Shown here: piece after piece, positions 9,901-21,900 of the stretch
Position numbering within the stretch: position 1 is the stretch's first letter
How the letters are laid out: every line of letters begins with the position of its first letter
IMG/VR virus record: IMGVR_UViG_3300025102_000019
Coordinates: 6,342-70,341 of that record
Source of the DNA: a virus
Strand: one strand, 5' to 3'
DNA: 64,000 nucleotides
Position numbers and translations under genes: made by a program
The notes under the pieces: generated by a model
The model's database searches: none
Seen by the model: the letters and a program-made list of their open reading frames with translations, nothing else
Told to the model about the DNA's origin: nothing

Positions 9901-12900
9901 GAATATATATTTGGATATATTGAAGGATATCCTGCAATTGTTAATTGTACTCCTATACTTCCGAAGGTACTTCTCTTTATCTGATAGTAATTATCTGGGC
10001 GATGAAGTGCTATGTGTTTGAAATTGTTAGAGGAACTGTCGTCTGGAGCGACCTTGTGGATGAACGACCACCAAGGTGTGCTGACTGTGTATCCGGGCGT
10101 GGCATTCCTGAACTGACCCGGTGTGTACGGTAGTGCTCTACGTGTGAAAACGGGTGATTCCGTGCCTTCTACCCCGAATTGATTGTACAATAGTAAGGGT
10201 GGTAAGTTGGTGAATTGGCTGCCGTGGTCCGGGTTTATGTCAAGCATTGCCTCGTTGATGAACACTTCACAACCTCTGACATCAGCCTGCGTAGCCTGTG
10301 CTAGAATCAGGGAAACAGTGCCTAGAGTGTTGTTGGCAGGTCTTTTGCCTATCACCGTATGTACCTGCTGACTGGTCAGCGATTGTGTGGAAGCACCTAC
10401 ATCTGCGTGGAAACCGATTAATTGCGTGGAGAAAGTGTTGGGTTGTATCACAATCTGATATGCACCCACTTCAGCAGGGTCTGGGAAGTTCTTGCCCAAA
10501 GTGTAGTAGTATGCGGATTCAAGAACTATGGTGTGTCCACCTTGTTGATTTACCGTACCTGCGTCACCTGTAGATGCGAGAATGCCGTAACCATCATATT
10601 TGATACCCGTCTCGAACATAAGCGTAAACGCACCTCCATGGATATCGCTGGGCAGCGATGGAGCAGCGTTTACACCACTGAATGCCAACTCAGGGTCGTG
10701 GACGTTGAACTGGTCTACTACTGCGCCTGACGCTAAAGCAGTCAACTCTGCTTTGTTCATGGTGGCAGTTACGCTATCAGCCAGTATGTTCTTGTCAGCA
10801 AAGCCTCGCAGTGATGCGTTTTCTGCTCTGTGCATCGTGAATAGACTCTGGTAAACAGGGTGTGCCCAGTGACCGGGAAGCATAGGCATTGTCGGTGTGA
10901 CGAAGTGATGACCCATGCGTGGTAGAGGCATTGGTGTCAATACCTGCTTGTTGTAGATGTTGTATGCTAGGGTATTGGCATTGACCGTACCGTATGTTCC
11001 TGAGGAGTATTGCGTCTTAGCCATGTCTGGTGAGTTACCACTTACCTCTGCGTGGTCACGTAGCCTTCTAGATGCGAAGAAGCGATTGCTACCGGCTGGA
11101 ATGTAGTATGATGGTGAGATGTTGATTGTAGTCGAGGCTGGTGGGTTCGCTGCTAGGAAGGTGGTGAAGTCCACGTCTCCTACCACCCCTTCAAACGTGC
11201 TTCCGCTGATGTTTGTGTAAGAGACCACCACTGAGTCAGTGCTAGTAGCAAGGCGTAGGAAGCGTCTGTTGTCGCCTACCTCCTTAGTTCCGAACCCAGC
11301 GTCGTATATCGAGGAGTCTACGGTGGATGACACAGTGAGTATAGTGCCGCTGAAACCACTGACTGTGAGGCTTTGACTTACCACACCGCCTGCATGAGTG
11401 TACTCTGTGGGGTATCTCTCGGTGCTGCTGTGTCCCATCTTCGTCACATGGAAGTACAGTGTCCTGTCATGCTGCTCGTAACTGGATTGCAGAGGTGCGC
11501 TGTTGGTCGCTTCCTTCCAACCAGCATTGGTGCTGTCCTTGGTCAGCACGTCGATGTGCTCCCAGTTGTGGTCCTCGTATGTAGGACCTGTGCGTGGACT
11601 GGACACTGAGTTATCGAACAGGCTTCCTATGTAGTTCTCATTCAGGTCTGGGTGTATCATGCCACCAGAACCCATGGTCTCGTTCTGGTACGCCTGTAAC
11701 CTGTCGAACCCTGACCTCACCACGATGTTGCCGGGTATGGAGTTGGGGTCAGGCAACTGTATCTTGAGGTTGGGTGCAACGTCGCTGTTGGCGAGAGCAG
11801 GGGACATGCCCTTCGTTTGCCTGTCAGTGACCTTTCTGAAACCACGTATGATTGTACCCAGAGGACTGCCACCCTCAAGGACGTGCTCCTGCCCTGAATC
11901 GTCAGTGACGGTCATCTCACCGAACTGCATCTCCTCGTTGGGTATCTCCAAGACGTTCTGTATGTTGAGTGGGAACTTGGATGCGAGTTGAGGGTGATTC
12001 AACTCCTGTGCCTGTAGCACTGGTAGCATGGCACTGTTGGTGGTCTCGAACGTGAATCTGACGTTGCCGTATATCTTCTCACCCATGGTGTAGGCGTTGT
12101 TGCCACTCACCCTGTTCACGAAAGGCACAGCGCCCAGACCACGTGCATTGACCGCTGGTAGAGAGAGGTTGCCACCATCCATCCTCTTCCACACTATGTG
12201 CTCTATCGAGAAGTTCTTCGCTGCTGACCTCTTGTACAGGTCGTATGCATTCACATCACCGACCCAGAAGTCGTCGTGTGATGGTGTACCGCTGTCATCG
12301 TATAACTGTGTAAAGTCCTCACCACTACTACCACCAATACCATTACCGTATAGGTCGGCTGCGACGTTTCTCTCCACACCATCCTCCTCAAGGAAGAAAG
12401 AGCCTACTGAGTGGTCTAGGTCGAATATCAGGTCGCCTGTCTTGTGCAGGCTGGGTATGGCGTTTCTAAGAGTGGAGTTGCTAGCAGTGCCGTGCAGGAA
12501 GTACTCCGCATCGAAGGTCGTGTCCAGCACATGGTCCGTCGTGTAATCACTGATAGTCTTGACAGTAGGTGTGGTGTGTACCATCGCCTCTACGTTAGGA
12601 CCTGCGTTCGCTGGTGCTATGAATCGGTCTTGACCGTGGAATCGCTCATCCCACCTCGTAGTACCAGCATAGTGGATGGGGTTGGCTACACTGTTAGCAG
12701 CAGCACCCTTGACTTGCAGCCAATCACCTAGGCCTGTGATACCGTCCCTGTCGTACTTAGCCACGAGAGCACTCTCACACTCGTAACTCACCACTATGAA
12801 TGCCCTGCCGAACACCCCCTGTGGGTGTGTCATGAAGTCAGGTAGAGTGGTGTCGATGTACGTGGGAGGCTTGGTGTGTATCGTGTGGGGGGCAACGAAA

Positions 12901-15900
12901 ACATCGTGCCCGATTTGATAAGCAGCCTGCCTATCAAGATTCACCCTAAATCCAGTGGAATTACTGTATGGGTCACCTAGGTATGTCATCAGGTTTGCTC
13001 CATTAGCACCCATTCCATCTATTGGTGGTGATGCCTCAGGGCTGTGCACCATAGCGCCAACAACGGGTAGATGACCTAATGCTGTGATTGCCGAGGATGC
13101 ACTACCATACGGTGAGAAGCCGAGCATCGGATGCCAAGCACCTAATCCAGCGGCATATCCCTGTGTACCAACCTTCAGGCTGTTGAGGTAGGAGTATCTC
13201 TCTCCTGCCCAACCGACCGCACCTATCGGTCTTGTCCTGTCTATGGCATCTACCAGACCTGAGAAGTGAGTCTGGCACATGTGGTCACGACCAGTGTCAT
13301 TCTCGTTGTTGAATCTGTGAACGCCTGCTTTAGACCAAATCCATATAGAGCCTGTGGATGGTGTAGCAAACTTGCTGTTATTACTCCAAGTAACCTTGTC
13401 CTCAAACTTCATGTGTCCAGTTATTCTATTAGGTGCAAGGTAGAACTTGACTTTGATTCCACTGTCATCGAACACCTCTCTGGCGTAGTAGGGAGCGAAA
13501 CCTGAAGAGTTTGTCCTGAGCCACCCACATGCAGGTATCTCCTCACTTCCAGTGAAAGTGTCATCTATGTATACTGTGAGATGGTTTTCGGATGGATTTT
13601 CAGCAGTAGTATCACCTGTCTGGGCTATTGATACGAAGGTACTCTCAATCCAACCATACCTATCTTGCCTCATCGCATTACCCATTGATGGCATGTGTGT
13701 ACCACCCATGGCCTTGAGTGCACCAGCGCCGGGGAAGGTATTGATTGCAGAACCCACTATTGTGGCGAGTTCCTCACCGTTCTGACATCTCGTGGCATCC
13801 ACGATGATGTACTCCATGTCCACCTCGCTAGAGGCAACGTCTTCGCTGTATGCCAGTACCTTGGTGGTGATTGGTCCTGCCACCCTGTATGCGCTTGGAT
13901 GTAGCACTGTGTTCGCTGAACCGCTACCCCATCTCTGTAGTATGGTTTCGCCCTTGGGGTGTGGGGGGTTGAATGTGATTTGGTTGTCCATCCAATGACC
14001 ACCGGGGTGGTATCCACCATCCATGTGATACACCATGTCTGCGGCCATGGCTACACCGTGGCCAATCACTGAGCAGTGTCTCATTGGGTGGGCCTTCTTC
14101 AAATCGTCATCTATGCCAGATGTCGCTGTCCTGTAATTGAAGTGATTACCGTACATCCTGCCTGATGCCTGTGACTGCTTGAGTATCGCTAGGTTGGGTT
14201 TGCCTTGTGGTGTCTCCCAATTGAGAGTAGTCCTCCAGTGGAATCTGCCTCTTGCCAACTGGTAGGCAGAGGCCTCAGGCATGAAGTAGCCATCACCGAA
14301 TGTACCATTGGCCAACACCCCGTCGCTTTCTATGTGGTTGGGGAATCTCCTTGCATCAGTCGCCTTGGGTACTTTGCTGTGCCCGTTACCGTTCACTATG
14401 ACCCTGCCCGGATGAGGCTGCTTGATGTTGTAACTACCGGCGTTGTCTGCTACCTCCTGTGCGAATGGGAACGCCTGACCCGGTCCGAAGATGATGTATG
14501 TCGTCTTGTTCTCCACACTAGCGTCCTTGTGGTCCTCGTATCTGGCGGTGGGATGTGCGAACCTCAGAATCAGTGGGCTGGGTTTCTGCACTCTTACATT
14601 AGTGCCGGAGTTGTTGGTGTAAGGGGTGCTGTTCGGGTGACTGCTGTTGATTGTCACACCACCCCTCGATATGTCTGGGGACAGTATGTTGTCCCTGTTG
14701 AACATCGGTGGTAGTATGCTTCCCCTGTGTTGATTACATAAAGCAGCACCGGGGAAGAAGGCGAACATCGCATTGCCGTCAAGCAGGGCGAAACTGGTGG
14801 ATATCTCGTTGGCGTTCTGTATGCCTGTAGTTCCTGTAGGGCCATTCGCATACGGGTGTGTGTAGAATGAGGAGTAGTCGTTCTTCGTACCGTCGTTGAT
14901 GTCGAGCGTCACACCGCTGAATCCACCACCGAAGAACAGGGGCACGCTGTGGTCAGTGCTGCTCTTCCCTCCTCTGAAGAACACGTATGGCTCGGAGAAC
15001 ACGCTGCCTAGCGAGCGCAGTCCATCGAAGTGCTTGGTCACATCCAGAGTGGCCCAGTGCGAGAAGACTACGTTGTCGTTTACTTCAGTTGCAGGCCAGT
15101 CCTCCGATGAGTTTGACCAGACGAACTTGGTCGTGCTATTTCCACCGTTGAGGCTCTCCACAGTGACAGACTTCTTGTCATTCATGAAGATGGTCTTGGT
15201 CTCACCGAAGGATGGTATCCTGCTGCTAGAACCCTCTTGTCCTGCTGGTATGAGGAAGTTCCACATCTCGTGGTCTAGTGTGATGTTCTGAGTGTTATCT
15301 GCCTCCCAGTCGGTGTTTGTTGCGTTCTTGTCGAACATAGCAGTCGGGTTGTTTATCATAGGCAGGATGTGGTCACCGCTGTGGCGTGTGAAACTCTCAC
15401 CCTTCAGGTTCTTCCTCCAATCGCTGATGTCAACGGGGTTGTTCAGGGAGTCAACCAGCACTGGTGTGGCTGTGTTGCCGTTAGGCCCTCTGCTTCTGGT
15501 GGCTATCTGTAGCACGGTCTTGGGTATGTAGCCACAGGCAATCCTCCTGTTGGTCTCTATGTCTGTATCTGCTGTGGCTCTTGATGTGCCGAAAGCCCAA
15601 CCTGTTGATAGCAGTTCAGTCTTCTCCACTTCTCCTAATTCGACGTGTGCTGCCTGTATCCCCAAGTCGCTGTGTATGGATGCGCTGAAGAGGTCTGATA
15701 TGGGAGTGATGTTCTTGGTCGGGTCGAATGCTCGTATGGTGATGGCATCGGCAGACACACCCATGTCACCGAACGTCTTGCCGTTGGTGGCGTACATCTC
15801 GGTGCAGTCGAAGTTCACTCCCTCAATCAACTGGCTCGTTGTCGCATTGATTGCAGCAGTAGTGACAGCAGCCATCAACTCGTCAGTCACGAGTGTGGTC

Positions 15901-18900
15901 CAATTGAGTACAGGACTAATGAGGTATCCAGCAGTATCGTATGTGTGTTCTACCTCATCACCAGCAATACCGAAGAACTGGTGAGTACCGTCCTTGTCGT
16001 TCTGCGTTCTCCTTGTATAGGAATAGGTCATACCCTCGTTGCCTCCTCCAGAATCAGTCACCTGTATCATACCGTCGGTTAGTGGGAAACCTAGGTAGCC
16101 AAGCACATCATGATGTACAAGTCCACTAGCGTTGTTGAATGGCGCTTGTAACGACACCGTGAGAGTGGTACTGCTTCTGCTTATTCCACAGTTGACCGCT
16201 ATGTTCGGTGCAGACACACCTCTCCATCTGTTGCCAGTCCACTCCTTCTGAGTCATAGTGCTGGCATTGCTGGTGTCCATTCTACCAGTGGCATCACCTT
16301 TGCCACGCATGTGCTTGCCTATGGTGAAACCACCCTGAGCCATATCCCTATCATCGAAGAAGACGCAGACCTCGTTGGATATGGTGTCTGGGAGAACTGT
16401 GTTGTCGTTTGCGAAACCTAGTCCTGCACCTCTGTAGATGTATCGTATACCATGATTGCCACCCCTGTGGTCTGTGAGTTTGAGTCCGTATATCGGTGAG
16501 TCACCTAGTGTGTCGGACTTCAGTTGATTCGCATCTGTGTGGTCGGTGTAGGCTACTGCCACGCTCGACCTACCGTATGTGTCTCGGAATGACTGAGAAC
16601 CCTTCTTGCCAAAGCCCCAAGGTCCTGCTATTGGTGAGAAACCGGGTACGCCACTGGCTACCAGCCCACCGAAGTTCACTCTACCAAAGGAGTTCTTACC
16701 GACTCTGAGTCCCTGTATTATGGTTGATGATGAGCCTATTGTGGAGAATGACTCTGTATTGACTGTGTTGAACTGCTGCCCCCCACCTAAGGCATTTGAT
16801 ATTGCTCTGATGACAGGACTGCTGTCATCGTCAGAATCAGTGAAGTCAGTCGTGCTGATTACATCCTCACCCGTCTCCTCTGGATTTATGTATTGTGTGA
16901 GAGTGGTTATCGGTGCGAACGGTCTGCCGTGCTTGTTGAGTGGCATGGGTGCAGGGTGCATGTTCTCACCCTCCTTCTCCTCAGGAAGCGCCCAGAAGTT
17001 ACGCCATCTACCACCATGTCCTATGAGGAAGTCTGGTTGGTAGACGCTCTGCCCCTTGCTGTTGTCTAGCCATACGCAGAAGTTCCTACCACTAGCACCC
17101 GGAACGGTGCTGTGTATGACCACGGTGAATCCCCTGTTGCCGTTCTTGTCCTGCACCTCCCTGCCCATGTGTGCTCTGACGTATCCCATGTGCGTTCCTC
17201 TATCACGAGAGGAGAACGCCTTGTCTGTATCCCAAAAGGGAGCGGGGTCATGGGCACTACCAGTAGTGTCTTTGTCAACTACGATTTGTCCCTTGGGTGC
17301 GCCTGATTGGTTGATTTGCCTGACAATCTCCTGAGTTGCTGATTCTATGGATACCACACCGGATTTACCTGCAACAGCGCCGCAGTCTATCGAGAGTCTT
17401 CTCAGGAAATCCATGTCCGTCCATTGCTTCAGATGCTGTAGCCTGCTCTCCTCATGCCCTGTGAGGTCTAGCGGTGTGTCTCTTATCCCCTTGAGGCACA
17501 GGAAGGCTGGTATGACACGAGTGCCGTCTGGTGTGTCGAAGAAGGTTGACGGGTCTCTCAGTGTAGCACCGCTGGTGTCTGTTCTCAGTTTGACGAGTGC
17601 AGCAGTGAATGCCTCGGTCAATGACCTCTTGGTCCTTGAGAATGCATGGTCGCTGTTCGCTGTGAATGGATTGACTGTCGAGTCGTTTGTCCTCGGTAGA
17701 ACACTGTCTCCCATTGAGTACTTGTTGGCCTCACCGAATATGCTGTACCCAGTATGTACGTGATGGCCGTGAGCCTTGCCGTATATTCCCGGTGATGAGG
17801 ATGTGGTTGCGCTAGCAGGTAGGTTAGATGGTAGAGTCCCGTTGACTGCTGTCATTATGTTAGTGCCTATCCTGTTGGCTAGGTCATGCGAGTATGCACT
17901 CTCTATGAACTTGGACTGCTGTGTCGAGCGAATGTACCTGTTCTCACTTGGGAAACCGTTGGCTACGTCAATCTGGGTGGTTATCCATGATGGTCCACCA
18001 CCGTTGAAGGTAGCAGTGTACTCAGCCAAGTCCACTGGTGCTGAACCGCTACCCACCACCATGTTCCTCGGTCTGCCGATAGTGACTGCATCAGCGCTGG
18101 TCTGAACCTGCATGTGTAGGTCTTGGAATGCTATGAACTCCTTGTCATGAGCAACGTCATAGAGAAGCACCCTAGCATGCCCATCGTCAGCCAGATAGGG
18201 GTCAACGTAAGCCACCTTGGGTGCATCTGCCTCATCAAGTCCTAGTGATTTGTAGTTCTCCTTGACTGTCTGATTGACGTGCTGTGCGTAGTTTATCGCT
18301 GTCTCAAGGCAGGTGTCACCGATGAGGAAGTTCTCCAATGGCACGCTCTCCCTAGGTCTGGATGCAGCGAGACTAGCCACACCACCGTTGAAGCCCTTCC
18401 ATACCTGAGCCTCATTGAACACACCTCTGCTCTTGGAGAACAATCCCTCTGTCGCATAGGGGTTGTTGATTGTCATGTTGGCCCATATCGTATCACCGCT
18501 TCTCAGTCCACCAGCAGCATATGGATAGTTCCAAGACTTGTTGAGAATAGCGTCAGCGTCTTCCTCGTATGCGTTGGCTATGGAAAGCCTGAGTGGTACG
18601 TCGTCAGCATCTGCCGCAGCGTTAGCAGCGTTGGCTGTCAGGGTGACATCATATGTGCCGTTATCGTAATCTTCTATAGCAGCCACTGTACCTATGAAGA
18701 GTATCTTGCTGGCGGTTTCCTCTGAGTAAATCAAATCGCCTATTCTTAGATTCAAGCCTAGAGTGTTAGCACCAGCGAGTCTTCCATTACTATTTTCAAT
18801 TGTAACAGTTGCACTGTTTGTTGCCGCTATAATTGTCCAAGCATCGTCACCAGTGGGTTTGAAAGTCTTGGCTATATTCTCGTTGTTGGCCTCCTTCAAG

Positions 18901-21900
18901 GCTGCGTTGTTGCCGTCATCCCCGTCAACAGCACCGAAGATATCCCTCACCCTTCTAATGAGTTTCAACTCCTTGCCGGGTAGATTTGTAACCCAAGAAG
19001 GTGTGGATGATGATGCTGCTCTATATACGAACACCAAGACATTGGGTGCTATGGTGTCGCTGATGCTGTTCTTGGTGAGTCTTCCGTAGTAATGCAATTT
19101 CTGAACAGTGCCGTCGCTTAGTATGGTCTCTGCTTCGTAGAGGAACTCACCTGAGGAGAAGGAGTACGTGCTCATGTCCTCGTAGTCCAAGTCAGGGAAG
19201 AGGTCCATGTCCTCGTCAGACATGGTGACTAGGACTTGGTTGATGAAAGAACCATTCCCGCCTGATAGGTTCTTGTGTGCGGCAGTGACCACATTGCCGA
19301 CAGCCCTGCCTGAGACTATCCTAGGTGCGTGTGGATTGGACTCAGGACCTTCCTTGAACTCCACTGCGCTCACGTACTGGCGCATTCCGTAGTCCACATT
19401 GCCTCCCTGTGTCTTGACGCTGGCTGAGTCGTGGTAGTACTCCGACCTGTTCTCGAAATCCGAGGATGGTGTGAAGGCATCAGAGCCTATGGGAACTATA
19501 CCCTCCAGTGGAAGTGAAGGTCCACCAGTAGTTATTGAAGCACCAACAACAGCCTCATCGAGGAATCCTGACGAGAATGCCCAATTCTCTGCACCGTTGT
19601 CCTTAGGTATGTAGAGTGATGCTTGTCCCACAGTGGTCGATATTTGGACGTAGTATGCCCATTCACCACTGGGTAGGAAGACCTTCCTGTAGTTCCTGAC
19701 ATTATCGACATTCTGATAGTTCTCGTCGTCGGTGTTATCTTCATTCATCAGTAGAGCACCATATTGCGGTCTTGGGAAGATTCCGATGTCCTCTACACGA
19801 ATGAAGTAGAAGGATGGATTGGATGTCACTTTCGTGATTCTTGTCGAGGGGGCGTATTGGTTCTGCCTCTTGTTTAGGGTGTAGGCTGATATCGCTTCCC
19901 TATCTGTTGGTTCTACACCCTTCGGTCTCCTACCCACAGGACTTGGGTTGTACGTGTGTGGGGTGTGTGTAGCATCTATGTGAATCTTGAACGAGTTGTC
20001 TGGTCCGGGGAAAGTGCCCGTTCGCACGTCATCGAAGAACTGGTTTGCGAAGAACGGTATCTCTACCATCGCCCTTGTGCTTGCGTATTGAGTGCCGAGT
20101 TGGTAGTCATGCTGCACATCGCTCATGCCTTGGAACATCCTGTCGTTGATGGTAGAGCCATCCTCAGCGAGTGATGACTCATCGAAGAAGCGGTCTGCAA
20201 ACAGTGTTACTGAGACATTGATATCTTCTAACGATGATATGCCTTTGGAGATGTCAGTGGCTGATAGCCAACTTGAGAAGTCTGTGAACTCAGTGCCATT
20301 GGCTAGTAGGAACTTACCTGCTCCTGCGCTGGCTGCGTCTGTGAAGACAAACTCTGATGAGGTTTTGCTGTCATATCTAGCACTAGCACCGTCTTGTAGG
20401 TAGACCCTGCCTGCCTTGGGGAATCCGTATGTGCCCCAAGATGCTAGGTCTGATGAGTTGTTGTTGAGTGGCTTGACTGCAATTCGACCGCCCCCTGAGC
20501 CTGATACCGCTAGATAACCGACAGCACACATGTTCCTCCTCGTGGAGAACGGGAGTCTGGCTAGCGGGCTTGGGTCATATGTGGGTTTGACATCCATAGC
20601 ACCCTGACCCGGACCACCGAGGGTGACTGTGACTACTGGTGCGTTAGGCTCTATCTCCTTGACCACCTGTGAGTCTGGACTGCCCTTTCCTCTCACGTTT
20701 ACTGACCTGTTGACTGTCGATTCTGTGAGACCCACACAACGTACTGTGGTGAAACTCTCACCACCTTGGTCAGAATCCAGCACTGCCCTGATTCTGGCTC
20801 TGCTCATCAGATACATCATGGTGATGTTGTTAGGCTCTTTGAAATCGGTAGACTGCGACCTCAATCCTGAGAGTTGGTTGACTCTCCTCCTATCGGAGGG
20901 TTGTATGAACATCCTTACGCTACCATCATCTTGAAATTGGTTGTCGATGATATCGAACATTTCGTATATGTGTGTCCCAGAGGCAGTGCCTGCTTTGTCG
21001 AACTCACCGTTGGATGGTGACTGTATGACCTCGCTAGGCTCTCTTCTGAAGTATAGTCCCTTATCTGTCAAGGAGTCGTTCTTGCTTCTGCTGGGTTCTA
21101 TGACTATCTTGTGAAACACAGAGTCGTGTTTCGTGGTAGGTGTGTGTGAGGCTGTGATTATCTGAGGTGTTTTGTTAGGATGTGCATTAGTGCCTATACC
21201 TATGAATAACTCCTCTCCATCGGTAATAGCAACAGCACGGTTATCCGTGAGGGTGATGTTAGCCCCTATCCCTCCTGACGCTATTGTGCCCACAAATGCT
21301 AGGTTTGAGTTGTAGATGTCATCTCCCTCTGCTATGTTGCTGCTCTCGCTGCTAGTGCCGTTGGTGGTGATGGTAGTACCGCCACCAGAGGCTTGCTTAC
21401 CATCTACAGTGATTCCGGTGGGGGTCATCGGTTTGTGGTTGATTGGTGTGAGACTCTCATCCAATTCGTCGTCTGACTCATATCCCTCACTGACATCACC
21501 TATCAGAGAGTGGTTCTGCCTTAATGACCCCTTGAGAACATCAACATCTGTGAAGTCGATGTATCCACCAGCAGCGAACAACTCTGACCTTATTGTGCTT
21601 GTCTCTATTGCAGTTTTGATTAGACTGAAGACAGTAGTAGTGCCGGTGACTATAGTAGAACCAGCAGGTACTGTCTTCTCCACCATCAGCAGGGGTTGTG
21701 TGACACCGCTCATGCTAGCCCCAGTAAGGTCTATCGCATTGTAGTAGACCTTGACGAAGGGAGCAAGATTGTACGAAGTCAGTGCGGGAACTTTGAGAAG
21801 GGCTATTCTGCTCTTCTCACTGGGTCTGAGGTGAAGTCTGCGTGTCTCTGTGTTCAGATTGTCTAGGTCTTGTGGGACAGGTCCTTTCAGCATGAATGGT

